64,000 bases of DNA from Candidatus Latescibacterota bacterium (GCA_965261395.1 OZ253462.1:1632001-1696000); one strand, 5' to 3'; shown: positions 48,658-59,950, numbered from the stretch's first letter. Made by a program: numbers and translations. The notes: generated by a model from the sequence alone, not told the origin.

Positions 48658-49809
48658 ATGCCCTTCCAAACTCACTCCGACTTCCGCCATCCCACCCGCA
48701 TTATCCACGGCCCCGGGTCCATCGCCTGTTTGGCAGATTGCTTCTCGCCGGCCGACAAGGTCCTAATCGTCTCCGATCAGGTCTTAGGGGAAATCGGCAT
48801 AGTGGAAGCGGTCGTCGCCGCCCTCGGCGACATCCCCCATGCCGTCTATCTCAAAGACGGTTCGAGTGAGCCCACCGAAGAATCTGTCGAGGCCGGTGCC
48901 CAGACCTACCAACAAGAACGCTGCACGGCCATCATCGGCCTCGGCGGTGGCTCACCCATGGACGTAGCCAAGATGATCGGCGTCCTCGCGTCCAACGACG
49001 GCCGCATCACCGAGTATTTAGGCAGCGACAAAGTCGCAAACGACCTGCCCTATCTCGCCTGCGTCCCCACGACCTACGGCACTGCCAGCGAAGTCACGCC
49101 CTTCGCCGTGCTGGACAATCCCGCCAGCGGCAACAAAGACCCGGTTATTAGCTGGAAGATCGCCCCCCAACTCGGCGTCCTCGACCCAGACCTGTCGGTC
49201 GCCCTGCCCGCCCTTGTCGGCGCAGCCACTGGCATGGACGCCCTGACTCACGCGCTTGAATCCTATATCAATCTGGCGGCCACGCCCATCACCGAAGGCA
49301 TCGCGCTGCACGCCATCCGCCTCATCGGCGACAACCTGCGCCTCGCCTGCGCCAACGATCACGCGCTAGCCGCCACCGAAAATATGCTCATCGCCAGTAT
49401 GCTGGCCGGCGTCGCCTTTTCGCAAACGCGCCTCGGCAATGTCCACGCCATGTCCCATCCAGCGGGCGCCCACTACCACGTGCATCACGGGCTGCTCAAC
49501 GCCATCTTGCTGCCCTATGTCATGGAGTTCAATTGGTTCGCCTGCCCCGGCAAATTCGCCGCTATCGCCGAGGCGCTAGGTGAGCACATTTCCGGCTTAG
49601 ACCAACGCCAAGCCGCACAAGCCGCCATCACCGCAGTGCGCCATATCAGCGCCGACTTAGGCATCCCGGCCAAGCTGGGGGATGTCGGCGTTGATACGGC
49701 CCGCATCCCCACCATGGCGAGCATTGCCATGCAGAGCGGCAACATCGCTGTCAACCCGCGCAAGACCAGCCAGCGCGATCTCGAAATTCTATTCCAACAA
49801 GCCATTTAG
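48658..49809 (+). CDS. Iron-containing alcohol dehydrogenase
   Basis: GLGGGSPMDVAK, PTTYGTASE, GMDALTHALE, HAMSH, HHG. Confidence 0.93.
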   Translation: MPFQTHSDFRHPTRIIHGPGSIACLADCFSPADKVLIVSDQVLGEIGIVEAVVAALGDIPHAVYLKDGSSEPTEESVEAGAQTYQQERCTAIIGLGGGSPMDVAKMIGVLASNDGRITEYLGSDKVANDLPYLACVPTTYGTASEVTPFAVLDNPASGNKDPVISWKIAPQLGVLDPDLSVALPALVGAATGMDALTHALESYINLAATPITEGIALHAIRLIGDNLRLACANDHALAATENMLIASMLAGVAFSQTRLGNVHAMSHPAGAHYHVHHGLLNAILLPYVMEFNWFACPGKFAAIAEALGEHISGLDQRQAAQAAITAVRHISADLGIPAKLGDVGVDTARIPTMASIAMQSGNIAVNPRKTSQRDLEILFQQAI

Positions 49810-49819
49810 GAGGTCCTCC

Positions 49820-51079
49820 ATGTCCCTACCCCGCATGTTCCGCGTTCGCCAGCATTTCTCCGCGCCCACGGTCGAGGATATCCCCGCCGCTGTACGCGCC
49901 GAAGTCCAGCGCCTCGACTTAGGCCCCAAAGTCAATCCCGGCGAGACCATCGCCATCTCCGTCGGCAGTCGCGGCATTGCCAATATCGCACTCGTGATCA
50001 AAAGCCTCGTGGCCGAGTTCAAGGCCCTCGGCCTCCAGCCCTTCCTCGTCCCGGCCATGGGCAGCCACGGCGGCGGTATCGCCGAGGCGCAACAGGGAAT
50101 CATCGAAGGCTACGGCGTCACCGAGGAGTACACTGGCGCACCGATCAAGTCTTCCATGGAGACCGTACAGGTGGGTGCGACTGAGGACGGCATCCCCGTC
50201 TTTTTCGACAAGTACGCGTTCGAAGCCGACCACGTAGCCGTCGTCGGCCGCGTCAAGCCACACACCGACTTTGTCGGCGAAATCGAAAGCGGCCTGCACA
50301 AGATGATGCTCATCGGCTTGGGCAAGCACAAAGGCGCGGCCCTGTACCACCAAGCCATTGTCCACTACAGCTTCGACCGCATCGTCCGCTCGGTCGGCCA
50401 AACCGTCATCGACCAGTGCGGCGTGCTCATGGGGCTGGCCTTAGTCGAAAACCAGTACGACCAAACCGCGCTCATCAAGGGCGTGGGGGCCGACGAATTC
50501 GTGGAGCGCGAAAAGGAATTGCTAGTCCTTGCCAAGCAATGGATGCCGTGCCTGCCCTTCGACGGAGTCGATCTGCTCATCGTCGATGCGATCGGCAAAA
50601 ACATCTCCGGTGCCGGCATGGACACCAACGTCGTCGGCCGCAAGTTCCACGACAACCACGCCGCCGACAAGGAGTACCCCAAGGTCACCCGCATCCTAGT
50701 CCGCGGCCTGACCGAAGAAACCCACGGCAACGCCTCGGGCATCGGCACGGCCGAATACGCCCACAAGCGCGCTATCGAGGAGATGGACCGCGAGATCACC
50801 TACATCAACTGCATGACCGGCAACCACCCCTCTGGTGCACACATTCCCCTCTACTTTGACACGGACCGCATCTGCATTGAAAAGGCCCTAGAGACCGTCG
50901 GCCTCGTCGAGCCTGAAAACGCCAAGGTCCTACGCATCCACAACACCCTAGCGCTAGGCGAGCTCCTCGTCTCAGAAACCTTTCGGTCCGAAGTCGAACA
51001 GCGCGAGGACTTGGAAATCATCACCGAGCCCGAGGAAATGGCCTTCGACGAAAACGGCGATTTGCCGCTTGCGTTCTAA
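49820..51079 (+). CDS. Lactate-racemase-domain (DUF2088-like) protein
   Basis: AGGAGG RBS; GSRGI, PAMGSHGG, KPHTDF, ESGLHKMMLIGLGK, GKNISGAGMD. Confidence 0.8.
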   Translation: MSLPRMFRVRQHFSAPTVEDIPAAVRAEVQRLDLGPKVNPGETIAISVGSRGIANIALVIKSLVAEFKALGLQPFLVPAMGSHGGGIAEAQQGIIEGYGVTEEYTGAPIKSSMETVQVGATEDGIPVFFDKYAFEADHVAVVGRVKPHTDFVGEIESGLHKMMLIGLGKHKGAALYHQAIVHYSFDRIVRSVGQTVIDQCGVLMGLALVENQYDQTALIKGVGADEFVEREKELLVLAKQWMPCLPFDGVDLLIVDAIGKNISGAGMDTNVVGRKFHDNHAADKEYPKVTRILVRGLTEETHGNASGIGTAEYAHKRAIEEMDREITYINCMTGNHPSGAHIPLYFDTDRICIEKALETVGLVEPENAKVLRIHNTLALGELLVSETFRSEVEQREDLEIITEPEEMAFDENGDLPLAF

Positions 51080-51159
51080 GTCGCAGGGCGTGTCCCCCAT
51101 CATTCGCAACATCCAGCGACCGTAAGCTGTAACGCGTCGCCGAGAGGAATTGTGCTGCC

Positions 51160-52038
51160 GTGGATGTGGATCAAAAGATAAAAATGGATAACAACGTCCA
51201 AGACTATCTATTCGACCTCCAAGGTTATTTGATCTTAAAAAATGCGATCTCGGCGGCAGATTTGCGCGAGATGAACCAGTGGATAGACGATCACGAATCG
51301 TATGTGGAAGAGCCGTGGTCAACAAATGGTGATTCGCAAAAAAGCAGTCGCTGGATTGGTCATGTAGAAACGCACACCTACAATGAAGAAAATGGCGTCA
51401 ACTTCCAGAGTATCATCGAGGGTGGCCCTATTTTTGAGCGATTGATAGATCATCCCGCTTGGATCGACTCGGTCAAGAAATACATTCACTCCTCAGTAAA
51501 CGGCCTTTCCATTCACGAGAACTTTCTCAACGTCCGCGGTCCGGGTGGTTACATCCACATTCACTGCGGCGGACATGTTCCACTCAGTTATTTGACGTTT
51601 CGTCAGAATAACACTGGAGAATGGATGGTCGGACAGATTAACGTACTGATGGCCCTCAACGACATCGGTGAAGGCGATGGACCACCTGTCCTAATTCCGG
51701 GCAGCCACAAGTGTACCGAAATTCACCCTCGGCTGGAAGTGGATGGCCGAGGCCTAGTTTACGACGGCGTGAGCGGCAAACCCGCCGGGACCGCCATTGC
51801 TGTAGAGGAAATGTATCTAGAAGCAGGGGATGTTTTGTTATTCACGGATGCGATAACACACGGCTCTGCGGAACGCACCAATCCCGGCTATCGGCGAACG
51901 ATTGTTTACCGCTATTCCCCAAAATATGTGCGCGAGCGATTCAACTATCAAATTTCGGCAGAATTGTTACAACGTTTGACTCCGGAAAGACGGGCAATTA
52001 TTGAGCCCATTGCGCCGCGGCAACCGCCATCCGCATAA
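51160..52038 (+). CDS. PhyH family protein (HxG variant)
   Basis: YLFDLQGYL, IHCGG, IPGSHK, AGD, ITHG. Confidence 0.85.
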   Translation: MDVDQKIKMDNNVQDYLFDLQGYLILKNAISAADLREMNQWIDDHESYVEEPWSTNGDSQKSSRWIGHVETHTYNEENGVNFQSIIEGGPIFERLIDHPAWIDSVKKYIHSSVNGLSIHENFLNVRGPGGYIHIHCGGHVPLSYLTFRQNNTGEWMVGQINVLMALNDIGEGDGPPVLIPGSHKCTEIHPRLEVDGRGLVYDGVSGKPAGTAIAVEEMYLEAGDVLLFTDAITHGSAERTNPGYRRTIVYRYSPKYVRERFNYQISAELLQRLTPERRAIIEPIAPRQPPSA

Positions 52039-52056
52039 CGTTTCAAGGGCTGCTCA

Positions 52057-54147
52057 TTAGTAAACCACCGCTACGCACGCCATCCGCTCCTCGCGCTGCC
52101 GATCCGTCTCCACCGCCACTCTGACCAAATACAAACCCGGCCCGACCAACCGGCCCGATTGATCGCGGCCATCCCATAGCACCGCATGGCGACCGGCCTC
52201 CCGCCCACTTGGGCCGGCGCGCCATAGGCAACGGCCGCGCAGGTCGAACACCTCCTCCACCACCTCGGGCGCGGCCAGCACCTTTAGCAGCGTATAGCCG
52301 ATCCGCACCTCGTCGTTCACCGCGTCCCCCTGCGGCGTAAAAGCAACCGGCTCCACTTCCATTGCGGCTAGTACCGATCCCTGCGCTGCGGCCACGATCC
52401 GCAACTGATTAGTGCCCATATCCTCGCTCACATCCCCGGCCACCACCAACTAGGGAAAACCCGCTCGGCCGCGCGCAAAGACTTCGGCGGCAATCTCCCC
52501 AGCCGCGCTGTAGAGTGCCGTCTCCAGCCGCAGCCGCAGCCGCTGGACGCCGTCCCGCTGGACCGGCTGCGGTAGGTACACGACAAAACCTCCGGCCTCG
52601 GCCACGACGCTGTCGGGCGTGGTCGCCTCCCAAGGTGCACCTATCTCCAACCCGCGCAACACCCCCTCGGCTGGAGTAAAAACCCGCACGGCATCAAAGC
52701 CTGCCTGCGTATCCTCGGTAAAACGCGCCCCAATGTCGCAGACCAACTCGACGCGGCTTCCAGCGGTCACCTCAGCTACGGCCCCTTCGGGGTGCAGATC
52801 GCCGACCGCGGCCACTTCGCCCAGTACGCGCCCGGCCAACAGCGGCGCAAACTCCAACGCCAGCGAGTCGAGGCGGACAAATTCCCACAGATCCTCGGTC
52901 TCAAAACGCACTTGCATTTGGACGAAACGCCCTGGCGGCACTCGCGGCCGGTCCCCGCCCTCGCGCAGCGGAGCTGTCCAGAAACTCCAGTTGTCGGCAT
53001 CGTCTGTGACCGGCCCCTGCCAGCCGAGGGCCAACGGGTCACTGGTGAATCGGCGCACCTTCAAAAACTCGTACTCGGAGCGCGGCACTTCTATCGCCTG
53101 CCCTAGATCGTCGAAGGTATAATAGATTGTGGGCGTCTCGTCCCGCCCGCTCTTGATCGCGACCCTGACCGCAGCCGGTGCCTGCGGAGCTGGCACCAGT
53201 TCGCCCGCTTCGCGCCGCCAAGTACTCGTCTTAAACGACACCTGTCCCACATTGGCCACCTGCCCCAAGTCTATGACCCGCGATTCCCAGCGCGACCGTG
53301 GGACAAAACCGCGACCGTAAACTTCCATTTCCGCGATAGCAAAGCGAGAGTAGAAACCAGAGCCGAGCGGCGGCCCGGCCTGCGGGGACGAACCGAGGGT
53401 CATGTCGGCCTCGCCGTCGGGAAAGGGCCGGAAACGAAAAAAGCGCAGATAGCTCAGCGAAAATTCCACCTCAATAATCGAATCGAAATTTTGCTCCTCA
53501 TCGGCCAAGACGATATCCAGCGGCGCGACCGATTTGGCAAATCCGGCGATGGGGAACACCTGACCGAGATAGGTGTACGAAGCGAGGGATTTCGGCTCTT
53601 GCGTATTGACTAGTTGCTCGTCGTTGCTGGCCGTCAGCGCATAGCCTTCAAAGGCCCAGAAGGGGCGATACGGTATCTGGGTCCCCGGATCCACACCCTC
53701 CGGCGGTACCACCACAAAGCGCTCCGCCGGGACCTGACCCCCCATATCAAGGGTGTAAAAAACCTCCCCGGCCGGCATAATGACATCTACAAAGGCGGTA
53801 TTGATATCGCCGTCTATGAACTTCAGAAAGTTTTGGAACTGCAGTCCCCGCGAAGATGTGCCCGTGCCCTGCCATATCCGGGGCATACCAGAGCGCCAGA
53901 GTGGATCGACGGGTCGCCGGTAGAGCGAGCGCTCCCAGTAGGGCAATTGGGTAATTACATTCTCGTCGGGCCTTAATTCCAGCGGCTGGAGCGCGGGGGT
54001 CGCATCCTCCACCATCAGATCCAGCAGCGTCCATTCGGACCAAGGCTCGCCACCGGTGCCGCCAAAGTGCAATGTGGACACTTCCGCCACGACTTCAACG
54101 GATGCTCCCAGCAGTCCTATTAGGGCCAAGCGGCACCACAAGCCCAT
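52057..54147 (-). pseudogene. Exported protein with a C-terminal FlgD-Ig-like domain, split by an in-frame TAG at 52452-52450
   Basis: Signal peptide; ...GRAGFP*LVVAGDVSED... continues in frame to FTPQGD, VFDLRGR, WDGRDQSG.LV..GLY. Confidence 0.75.
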
Positions 54148-54304
54148 ATACCGGCCTCCGACGAATCGACGCTGCGAATGCCAATAATAATGATTTCGTC
54201 ACGCAGCCGTCCATATGAGGCCCAAACACTGGACAAGAAGCGGACAGCCCGGTTTCTTTATCCGCAAGCAATATCCACCCAACCTATAAAGAAGCGCCCC
54301 TATT

Positions 54305-55399
54305 ATGACTACCGAATACATCGGCATGACCCGCGACGCCATCGACACCCCCGTCCTCTTGGTCGATCTCGACGCACTCGAATACAACATCGCCCGGCTC
54401 GCCGAGCACTTCCGCATGGCGGGCAAAAACCTCCGGCCGCACACCAAGTCGCACAAAACCCCGGCCATCGCCCACCTCCAGCTCTCAGCCGGCGCACAGG
54501 GAATCACCTGCGCCAAGGTCGGAGAGGCCGAGGTCATGGCCGACGCCGGCATCCAAGACATTCTCATTGCCAACGAAGTCGTCGGCCGCCGCAAGATCGA
54601 GCGCCTCATGGCATTGGCCGCTCGTTGCGACATTATGGTCGCGGTCGATGACCCACAAAATCTCGCCGACCTCAACGAGGCCGCCTACGCTTACAAGGTC
54701 TGCCCCCGCGTACTCGTGGAGGTCAACATCGGCCACAACCGTTGCGGCGTCGCGCCCGCCACAGTCGTCGATCTCGCCCGCGCGGCCTCCCAAGCACCGC
54801 ACCTTCGCTTCTGCGGCCTGATGGGCTACGAAGGCCACATCATCGACCTCGAAGACAAAGCCGCCCGCGACGACGGTGCCTCCACCTGCCTCCAGCGCCT
54901 CGTCGATGCCCGCGACGACGTGGAACGCGCCGGCCTCGACTGCCCGATTTGCAGCGCCTCGGGCACGGGCGATTACTACATCAGCACCTCCTACGACGGC
55001 ATTACCGAGGTCCAAGCCGGCTCGTACGCGCTGATGGACGCGGCGTACGCCAAGCTGGACTTGGGCTTCAAAAACGCCCTCAGCGTGCTGACCACCGTTA
55101 CCAGCCGCCCCGCGCCCGGGCAGGTCATCACCGACGCCGGCCTCAAGAGTCTAACACCCGAACACGGCTTCCCCCTCGTCAAGGATCGCCCCGACTTGGA
55201 ATGCCATGCCCTCTCCGAAGAGCACGGCCGCCTCAAGACCCTAGCTGGCCCCTGCACCGATCTCCACCCCGGCGACCTGCTCGAATTTATCCCCGGCCAC
55301 GGCTGCACCACCGTCAACCTCCACGACCGCCTCTACGCGCTGCGCGCAGGTCGATTGGAGGCAATTTGGGAAATCGCTGGCCGCGGCAAAGTCCGCTAA
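54305..55399 (+). CDS. DSD1/D-threonine aldolase family PLP enzyme
   Basis: DTPVLLVD, RPHTKSHK, GLMGYEGH, EVQAGSY, SEEHG, PGHGCTTVN. Confidence 0.9.
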   Translation: MTTEYIGMTRDAIDTPVLLVDLDALEYNIARLAEHFRMAGKNLRPHTKSHKTPAIAHLQLSAGAQGITCAKVGEAEVMADAGIQDILIANEVVGRRKIERLMALAARCDIMVAVDDPQNLADLNEAAYAYKVCPRVLVEVNIGHNRCGVAPATVVDLARAASQAPHLRFCGLMGYEGHIIDLEDKAARDDGASTCLQRLVDARDDVERAGLDCPICSASGTGDYYISTSYDGITEVQAGSYALMDAAYAKLDLGFKNALSVLTTVTSRPAPGQVITDAGLKSLTPEHGFPLVKDRPDLECHALSEEHGRLKTLAGPCTDLHPGDLLEFIPGHGCTTVNLHDRLYALRAGRLEAIWEIAGRGKVR

Positions 55400-55421
55400 C
55401 CACCCAAGAAGCTGCTGTTGT

Positions 55422-56951
55422 TCATCGTCTCTTCCTAGCCACCGCGGATTCCCAGCTAAGGTTGCGGGACCGATACTGCATCAGCACGCTGCGCCGGTCC
55501 TGCTCGCCCATCCACGGATAGGCACCATGGGTCTGAGCACCGGCGAGAAAAATAAGTAGGTCCCCCGCTTCCATGCCGATGTGTCGAATCATGTCCATAT
55601 CGCGATCGGCGGACAGCACCCCTTTGGGTATGGGATAGACCCCCTTGTGGCTGCCCGGAATACAACAGAAACCGCCGTCGGCCGCCGGCACATCCCGCAA
55701 CTGCCAGGCGACGTTGATATACTCGCTATAACAGCGGCCATTGCGAAAGGTGTAGTGATTGGTCTCGGACGGGGTGACGCCGCTGGCATGCAGGTGGACC
55801 CCCGCCCCGCCGCGCTTACTGCAGAGGACTTCGCACTTGGTCACCTCGTAGCCGCTGCCCATCATCCAGTTGAGGCGTTTGATAATCTCCGGATGGGCAA
55901 TCATCCGCCGAAACGGTTCGCCGTGAGGCTGGGGCAGACTCCACGCATCCTCGAGCTTCGACCGATGCGTCCCCCGCAGACGAACGCAATCCGGCTCCCC
56001 CTCCGTCGATACCGTATCGATCCAATCCGCGTTGGCGTCGATCGCCTCGTTGGCCGCGGCCAACGAGGCGGCGTCCATCGCTCCCTTGACCACCAGATGG
56101 CCACACAGATCCCAGTAGTAAAACTCCTTATCGTCGATCGACGGATCGGGATTGCGGATATAGATCGAGGGGTGATAGATATCCGGCTCCGGTTCCAGAC
56201 GGCTGGTCTCACCGTCCGCCCGCACGACTACCGGAGCGCCGCTGCGTTGGGGATCGTGCAATACCGCTCGTTCCGCCGCCGGCAGATCTCCCGCCCACTC
56301 GTAGCAGTCGTCCGCGTCCAAATTGGACCAGTCGTGGGGTCTAACGTGCTTGTTGACGAATCCGTACGCCAGCGTCCGCTGCGGTTCGGTTCCACGCCAT
56401 GCCCGCACCCCGCGCACCAAGGCATCGGCGCAGAGCAAGAGGTCTCCAGCCTGTAGCCTCGGCTGCTCCGGCAGGTCCATATCGTCGGCACCGGTCAGCA
56501 CCGCCTCCGGTGTTTCCACCTCACTGTTATGGCTGGCCGGAATCAGCACTAGGCCGCCATCGCCCGGGCCGACATCGTGCAGCACCCACAACGCGGCCAG
56601 CCCCTGACAGTGGCGGACGCCGTTGCGGTGAAAATAGGCCCGCGACCAGTCCATCCACTCGCTGCCGCCGCTCAGCCGATCATCAGCCTTCCCGCCCGCC
56701 CCCAGCAACGTCGGTCCCGTGTCCGGTCGATAGCCCTCCCCGCACAAGGCCTCCGCATAGCTAGCCAAGACCGGGTGGTCGCGTAGTTGCAGCAACGGGT
56801 CGCAGGCTCCGGCCATAGGCAGCAGGTCTCCGTCGCCGTCAAGCATCTGGTCGATCGCTTTGTTGTACGTGGCCAATTCACCCGGCGACAGGACGCCACG
56901 CACGACAATGAAGCCGGAAATATCGAATCGGTAGCTTTCTTCGTCGTTCAT
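55422..56951 (-). CDS. Tandem two-domain PhyH family protein
   Basis: YRFDISGF...IPASH and YYWDLCGH...LHASG...IPGSHK...THG. Start taken at MNDEE (56951). Confidence 0.82.
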   Translation of the reverse strand: MNDEESYRFDISGFIVVRGVLSPGELATYNKAIDQMLDGDGDLLPMAGACDPLLQLRDHPVLASYAEALCGEGYRPDTGPTLLGAGGKADDRLSGGSEWMDWSRAYFHRNGVRHCQGLAALWVLHDVGPGDGGLVLIPASHNSEVETPEAVLTGADDMDLPEQPRLQAGDLLLCADALVRGVRAWRGTEPQRTLAYGFVNKHVRPHDWSNLDADDCYEWAGDLPAAERAVLHDPQRSGAPVVVRADGETSRLEPEPDIYHPSIYIRNPDPSIDDKEFYYWDLCGHLVVKGAMDAASLAAANEAIDANADWIDTVSTEGEPDCVRLRGTHRSKLEDAWSLPQPHGEPFRRMIAHPEIIKRLNWMMGSGYEVTKCEVLCSKRGGAGVHLHASGVTPSETNHYTFRNGRCYSEYINVAWQLRDVPAADGGFCCIPGSHKGVYPIPKGVLSADRDMDMIRHIGMEAGDLLIFLAGAQTHGAYPWMGEQDRRSVLMQYRSRNLSWESAVARKRR

Positions 56952-57238
56952 AAAGCATGTCTCCGGGTCCTGGGTTGGTGGTGATCTTACGATAGTATGT
57001 AAAAGACCGCCCTCCTTATATAACATGGCTCCTGAATAGGGTAATTTAGACCTACTGTACTGGCTGCTCAACACGTGCTCAAAGGATATGTCGCTTATAC
57101 TTATACTTTCGACGATTGGGAGGTCCCGGCCAAACGGCACCATATCCTTTATTGAGTCCTGCAAATATAAAGGAATATTTTACAGTTTAAGACCGGCCAA
57201 CACCCAGATTCGGTCAAACACCTACTTGAGGAAGAGCA

Positions 57239-58291
57239 ATGGAAAATTTGACTAAACGCACCCTGAGTCGCATAGACGAGCTCGTCGAGGAGCACGCTTT
57301 CTCCGGCGTCGTCCGTGTCCGGCGACATGGCCAGCCGATGTATGAGAGATCTGCAGGGTTTGCCGACCGCGCCAACTCCATCGCTAACACCGCAGAGACG
57401 CGCTTTGGAATCGCTTCTGGAACGAAGCTGCTGACGGCATTGACCGTGGGGCGTCTCATCGACGCGGGTCGGCTGGCATTGACTACTCAAGTGCGCGACT
57501 GCATCTCAGTGGAGCTGCCGGATTACTCAGCGGCCATCACCATCCAGCATCTGCTTACCCACACCTCCGGGATTCCCGACTATTACGACGAGGAGCTCAT
57601 CGAGGATTTCGACAATTTCACCGTCGCCATCCCTTGGTACGAGTTAAGAGGTCCGAAGGACTATCTGCCGGTGTTCCCACAACGGGAGATGAAGTTCGCA
57701 CCGGGGGAAGGGTTCTCGTACTGCAACGGCGGTTACATCCTGCTAGGTGTAGTGGTGGAAGAGGTAACAGGGAAGCGCTTTCAAGACGTCGTCGCCGAGG
57801 AGATCCTCAGGCCAGCAAGAATGGATCGCTCTGGATTCTTTGCCATGAACCAACTACCGGAATGCACGGCCCTCGGCTACATCGAAGACGGAGAGAGCTG
57901 GCGGACGAACATCTACAACCTGCCCATCGTCGGTGCCTCGGACGGCGGTTTGTTTTCGACGCTGGCAGACATCACGGCTCTCTGGGACGGATTCTGGAAC
58001 GGCAAGATCGTCTCCGAGGAATTGGTGCGTACCTTCAGTGCGCCTTTCTCCGGTGCCAGCGACGGCGATTCCAGTCTCCACTACGGACACGGAATGTGGA
58101 TTCGCAGACGCGCAGACGGAACTCTCCAGCACTATATCATGGGAGCGGATGCCGGTATCTCCTTCAAGTCTGCCGTCGACTGTCAGCGGCAGTTGGACTA
58201 CGCGGTTCTCTCGAACACTTCCGAGGGCGCGTGGCCGATTGCAAGGGCTATCGACGACGTTCTCGGAAAAGAGGATGGGGACCCTAGCTGA
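57239..58291 (+). CDS. Serine hydrolase, beta-lactamase/PBP family
   Basis: SGTK (SxxK), LLTHTSG, YCN (YxN). Confidence 0.9.
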   Translation: MENLTKRTLSRIDELVEEHAFSGVVRVRRHGQPMYERSAGFADRANSIANTAETRFGIASGTKLLTALTVGRLIDAGRLALTTQVRDCISVELPDYSAAITIQHLLTHTSGIPDYYDEELIEDFDNFTVAIPWYELRGPKDYLPVFPQREMKFAPGEGFSYCNGGYILLGVVVEEVTGKRFQDVVAEEILRPARMDRSGFFAMNQLPECTALGYIEDGESWRTNIYNLPIVGASDGGLFSTLADITALWDGFWNGKIVSEELVRTFSAPFSGASDGDSSLHYGHGMWIRRRADGTLQHYIMGADAGISFKSAVDCQRQLDYAVLSNTSEGAWPIARAIDDVLGKEDGDPS

Positions 58292-59054
58292 GCATGGCGC
58301 GTTCTTCGTCGCTCATGTCGAGGATGTAATCGGGGGCTTGCGTCTGATGGTAGCCGGGCGCGTGGGCTTGGAAAGATGGACTGTACTTGTAGATCAGCGA
58401 GCGGCGCTGGTGTTGGCCCTGCCATACTAGGGTGCCGTGGGTCAGTGCTTCGGTGAAGATAATGGCGTCGCCGGCTTGGCTGTGGACCTCCTTGACGTAC
58501 TCGCGGTGTTCTTCGTATAGGGACAGCTTCTCGGGCAGGGGAAAATTGGCTTTGTGGGATCCGGGTATGACCGCTAGGCCGCCGTCGCCGGGGCCTTCGT
58601 CGGCTAGCTGGAATTCGACCACGGTCAAGCCGCAAAACATCTGGCCGAATTTGAAGGTGTAGGTCTGCGAGAAGTCTTGGCGCTCAACGCCGCCGCCGTG
58701 CAGCAAGTGGCCGCCGTCACCTTTGTCCATGGCAATGAGCAAGGGACCGTGATCTAGGCGATAGCCGCCGCCGAGCAACTCGTTGAGATAGGGCTGGATC
58801 ACGGCGTGGACGAGTAGGTCGCGAAAAGGCTCGCAGTGCGGGCGCTCCCATTCCAACATGCCCTCCATCCACTTTTGCTTGTTCGTGCCGCCGAGAACCT
58901 TGGAGTTTCCTTCGAGGGTGCGCTCGGTCTGGAAAAAGCGATCGGCGTGGGCGTCGATGGCGGCGTTGCAGCGATCCACTTCCTCCTGGCTCAGCACCCC
59001 CTTGAGGTGGACGAAGCCTTTGAGGTCGAAGAAGAATTTATCGTCGTCTGTCAT
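58284..59054 (-). CDS. PhyH family protein (HxG variant), possibly clipped at the C-terminus
   Basis: FFFDLKGF, LHGGG, IPGSHK, AGD, LTHG. Confidence 0.85.
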   Translation of the reverse strand: MTDDDKFFFDLKGFVHLKGVLSQEEVDRCNAAIDAHADRFFQTERTLEGNSKVLGGTNKQKWMEGMLEWERPHCEPFRDLLVHAVIQPYLNELLGGGYRLDHGPLLIAMDKGDGGHLLHGGGVERQDFSQTYTFKFGQMFCGLTVVEFQLADEGPGDGGLAVIPGSHKANFPLPEKLSLYEEHREYVKEVHSQAGDAIIFTEALTHGTLVWQGQHQRRSLIYKYSPSFQAHAPGYHQTQAPDYILDMSDEERAMLS

Positions 59055-59332
59055 ACGCCAATTTCCCGTAAACAGTGGGACCAGGTGTCGATCTGATCGA
59101 GGGGAAAGCGCTTGCGGATCAGGCCGATGCCAAAGCGGATGCGGAGGTGTTCGGTGTCAATCTCGACCGTCAGGCTGAAGAACAGGGCCAAGAGCACCAC
59201 CAGACTGCCCAAGATCAGCCAAGCGACGGTGGCTGTTCCGGCCAGCCACGCGGGCAGGGCGGCCAGCGGCATGACGGCGATCGTGGTGATGACGGTGACC
59301 GTGCCAAACTGGGTGTGGCGATAGGCGCTCAC
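59051..59332 (-). pseudogene. Two-TM plus PH-like-domain membrane protein, apparently 3'-truncated
   Basis: YRHTQFG, two TM segments, FSLTVEID...IRFGIG.IRKRFPL; ends abruptly at the PhyH start. Confidence 0.55.
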
Positions 59333-59739
59333 AGCATCTGCTCCTGCCAGGGTTTGATCCACAGGCCCACCAACTTGCCGTCCCGGTCGAGGACGACGCG
59401 CACTTCGGGCGCTTGGGACGCGGCTCCGTACCGGCCTCTGAAGCGGTGGATCAGCAGATGCGGCTGGTTTTCTATGGAGTGGGTCTCGACGAAGTCCAAG
59501 CCCTCAAAGGTGCCAAAGAGCTGCCGGATTTGTTGGTAGCTGTGGCGCTGGATTTCTGCGGTGAAAGCCTTGCGAAAGCTCTCGGTGGCTTCTGGCCCCA
59601 AGGCTTCAAAGCGACCCTGCTCGTGGGCTTGGAGGATCTGGGTGGCCAGTTGTGCGGCCAGATGGTGTTGTTCGGACTGGACGGGTGCGCTAGCAATGGT
59701 CTGGGGGGCTGAGGTCGTGCGGGTGTGGGGAGCGTCCAT
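59329..59739 (-). CDS. Hypothetical protein (DUF3887-like)
   Basis: Small alpha/beta ORF ending EVRVVLDRDGKLVGLWIKP; GTGA overlap with the next gene. Confidence 0.6.
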   Translation of the reverse strand: MDAPHTRTTSAPQTIASAPVQSEQHHLAAQLATQILQAHEQGRFEALGPEATESFRKAFTAEIQRHSYQQIRQLFGTFEGLDFVETHSIENQPHLLIHRFRGRYGAASQAPEVRVVLDRDGKLVGLWIKPWQEQML

Positions 59740-59950
59740 GGCGAGCTTCTTTCTATGCAATGCGCGTCCCTAATTGTAATGAATGGCGAGCTATATGTCG
59801 CGTCCCGGAAGCAACTTGGTGAATAGTACTTATTTATTGATTCATTTGCTAATATTTGACGATATACGGTGAATAAGTGCATGTAGCGCACCAGAGCTAA
59901 GGTCTGATGCTGGCTCGCTCACTGGGACAACAGTCTGGAGAGGAGCAATT

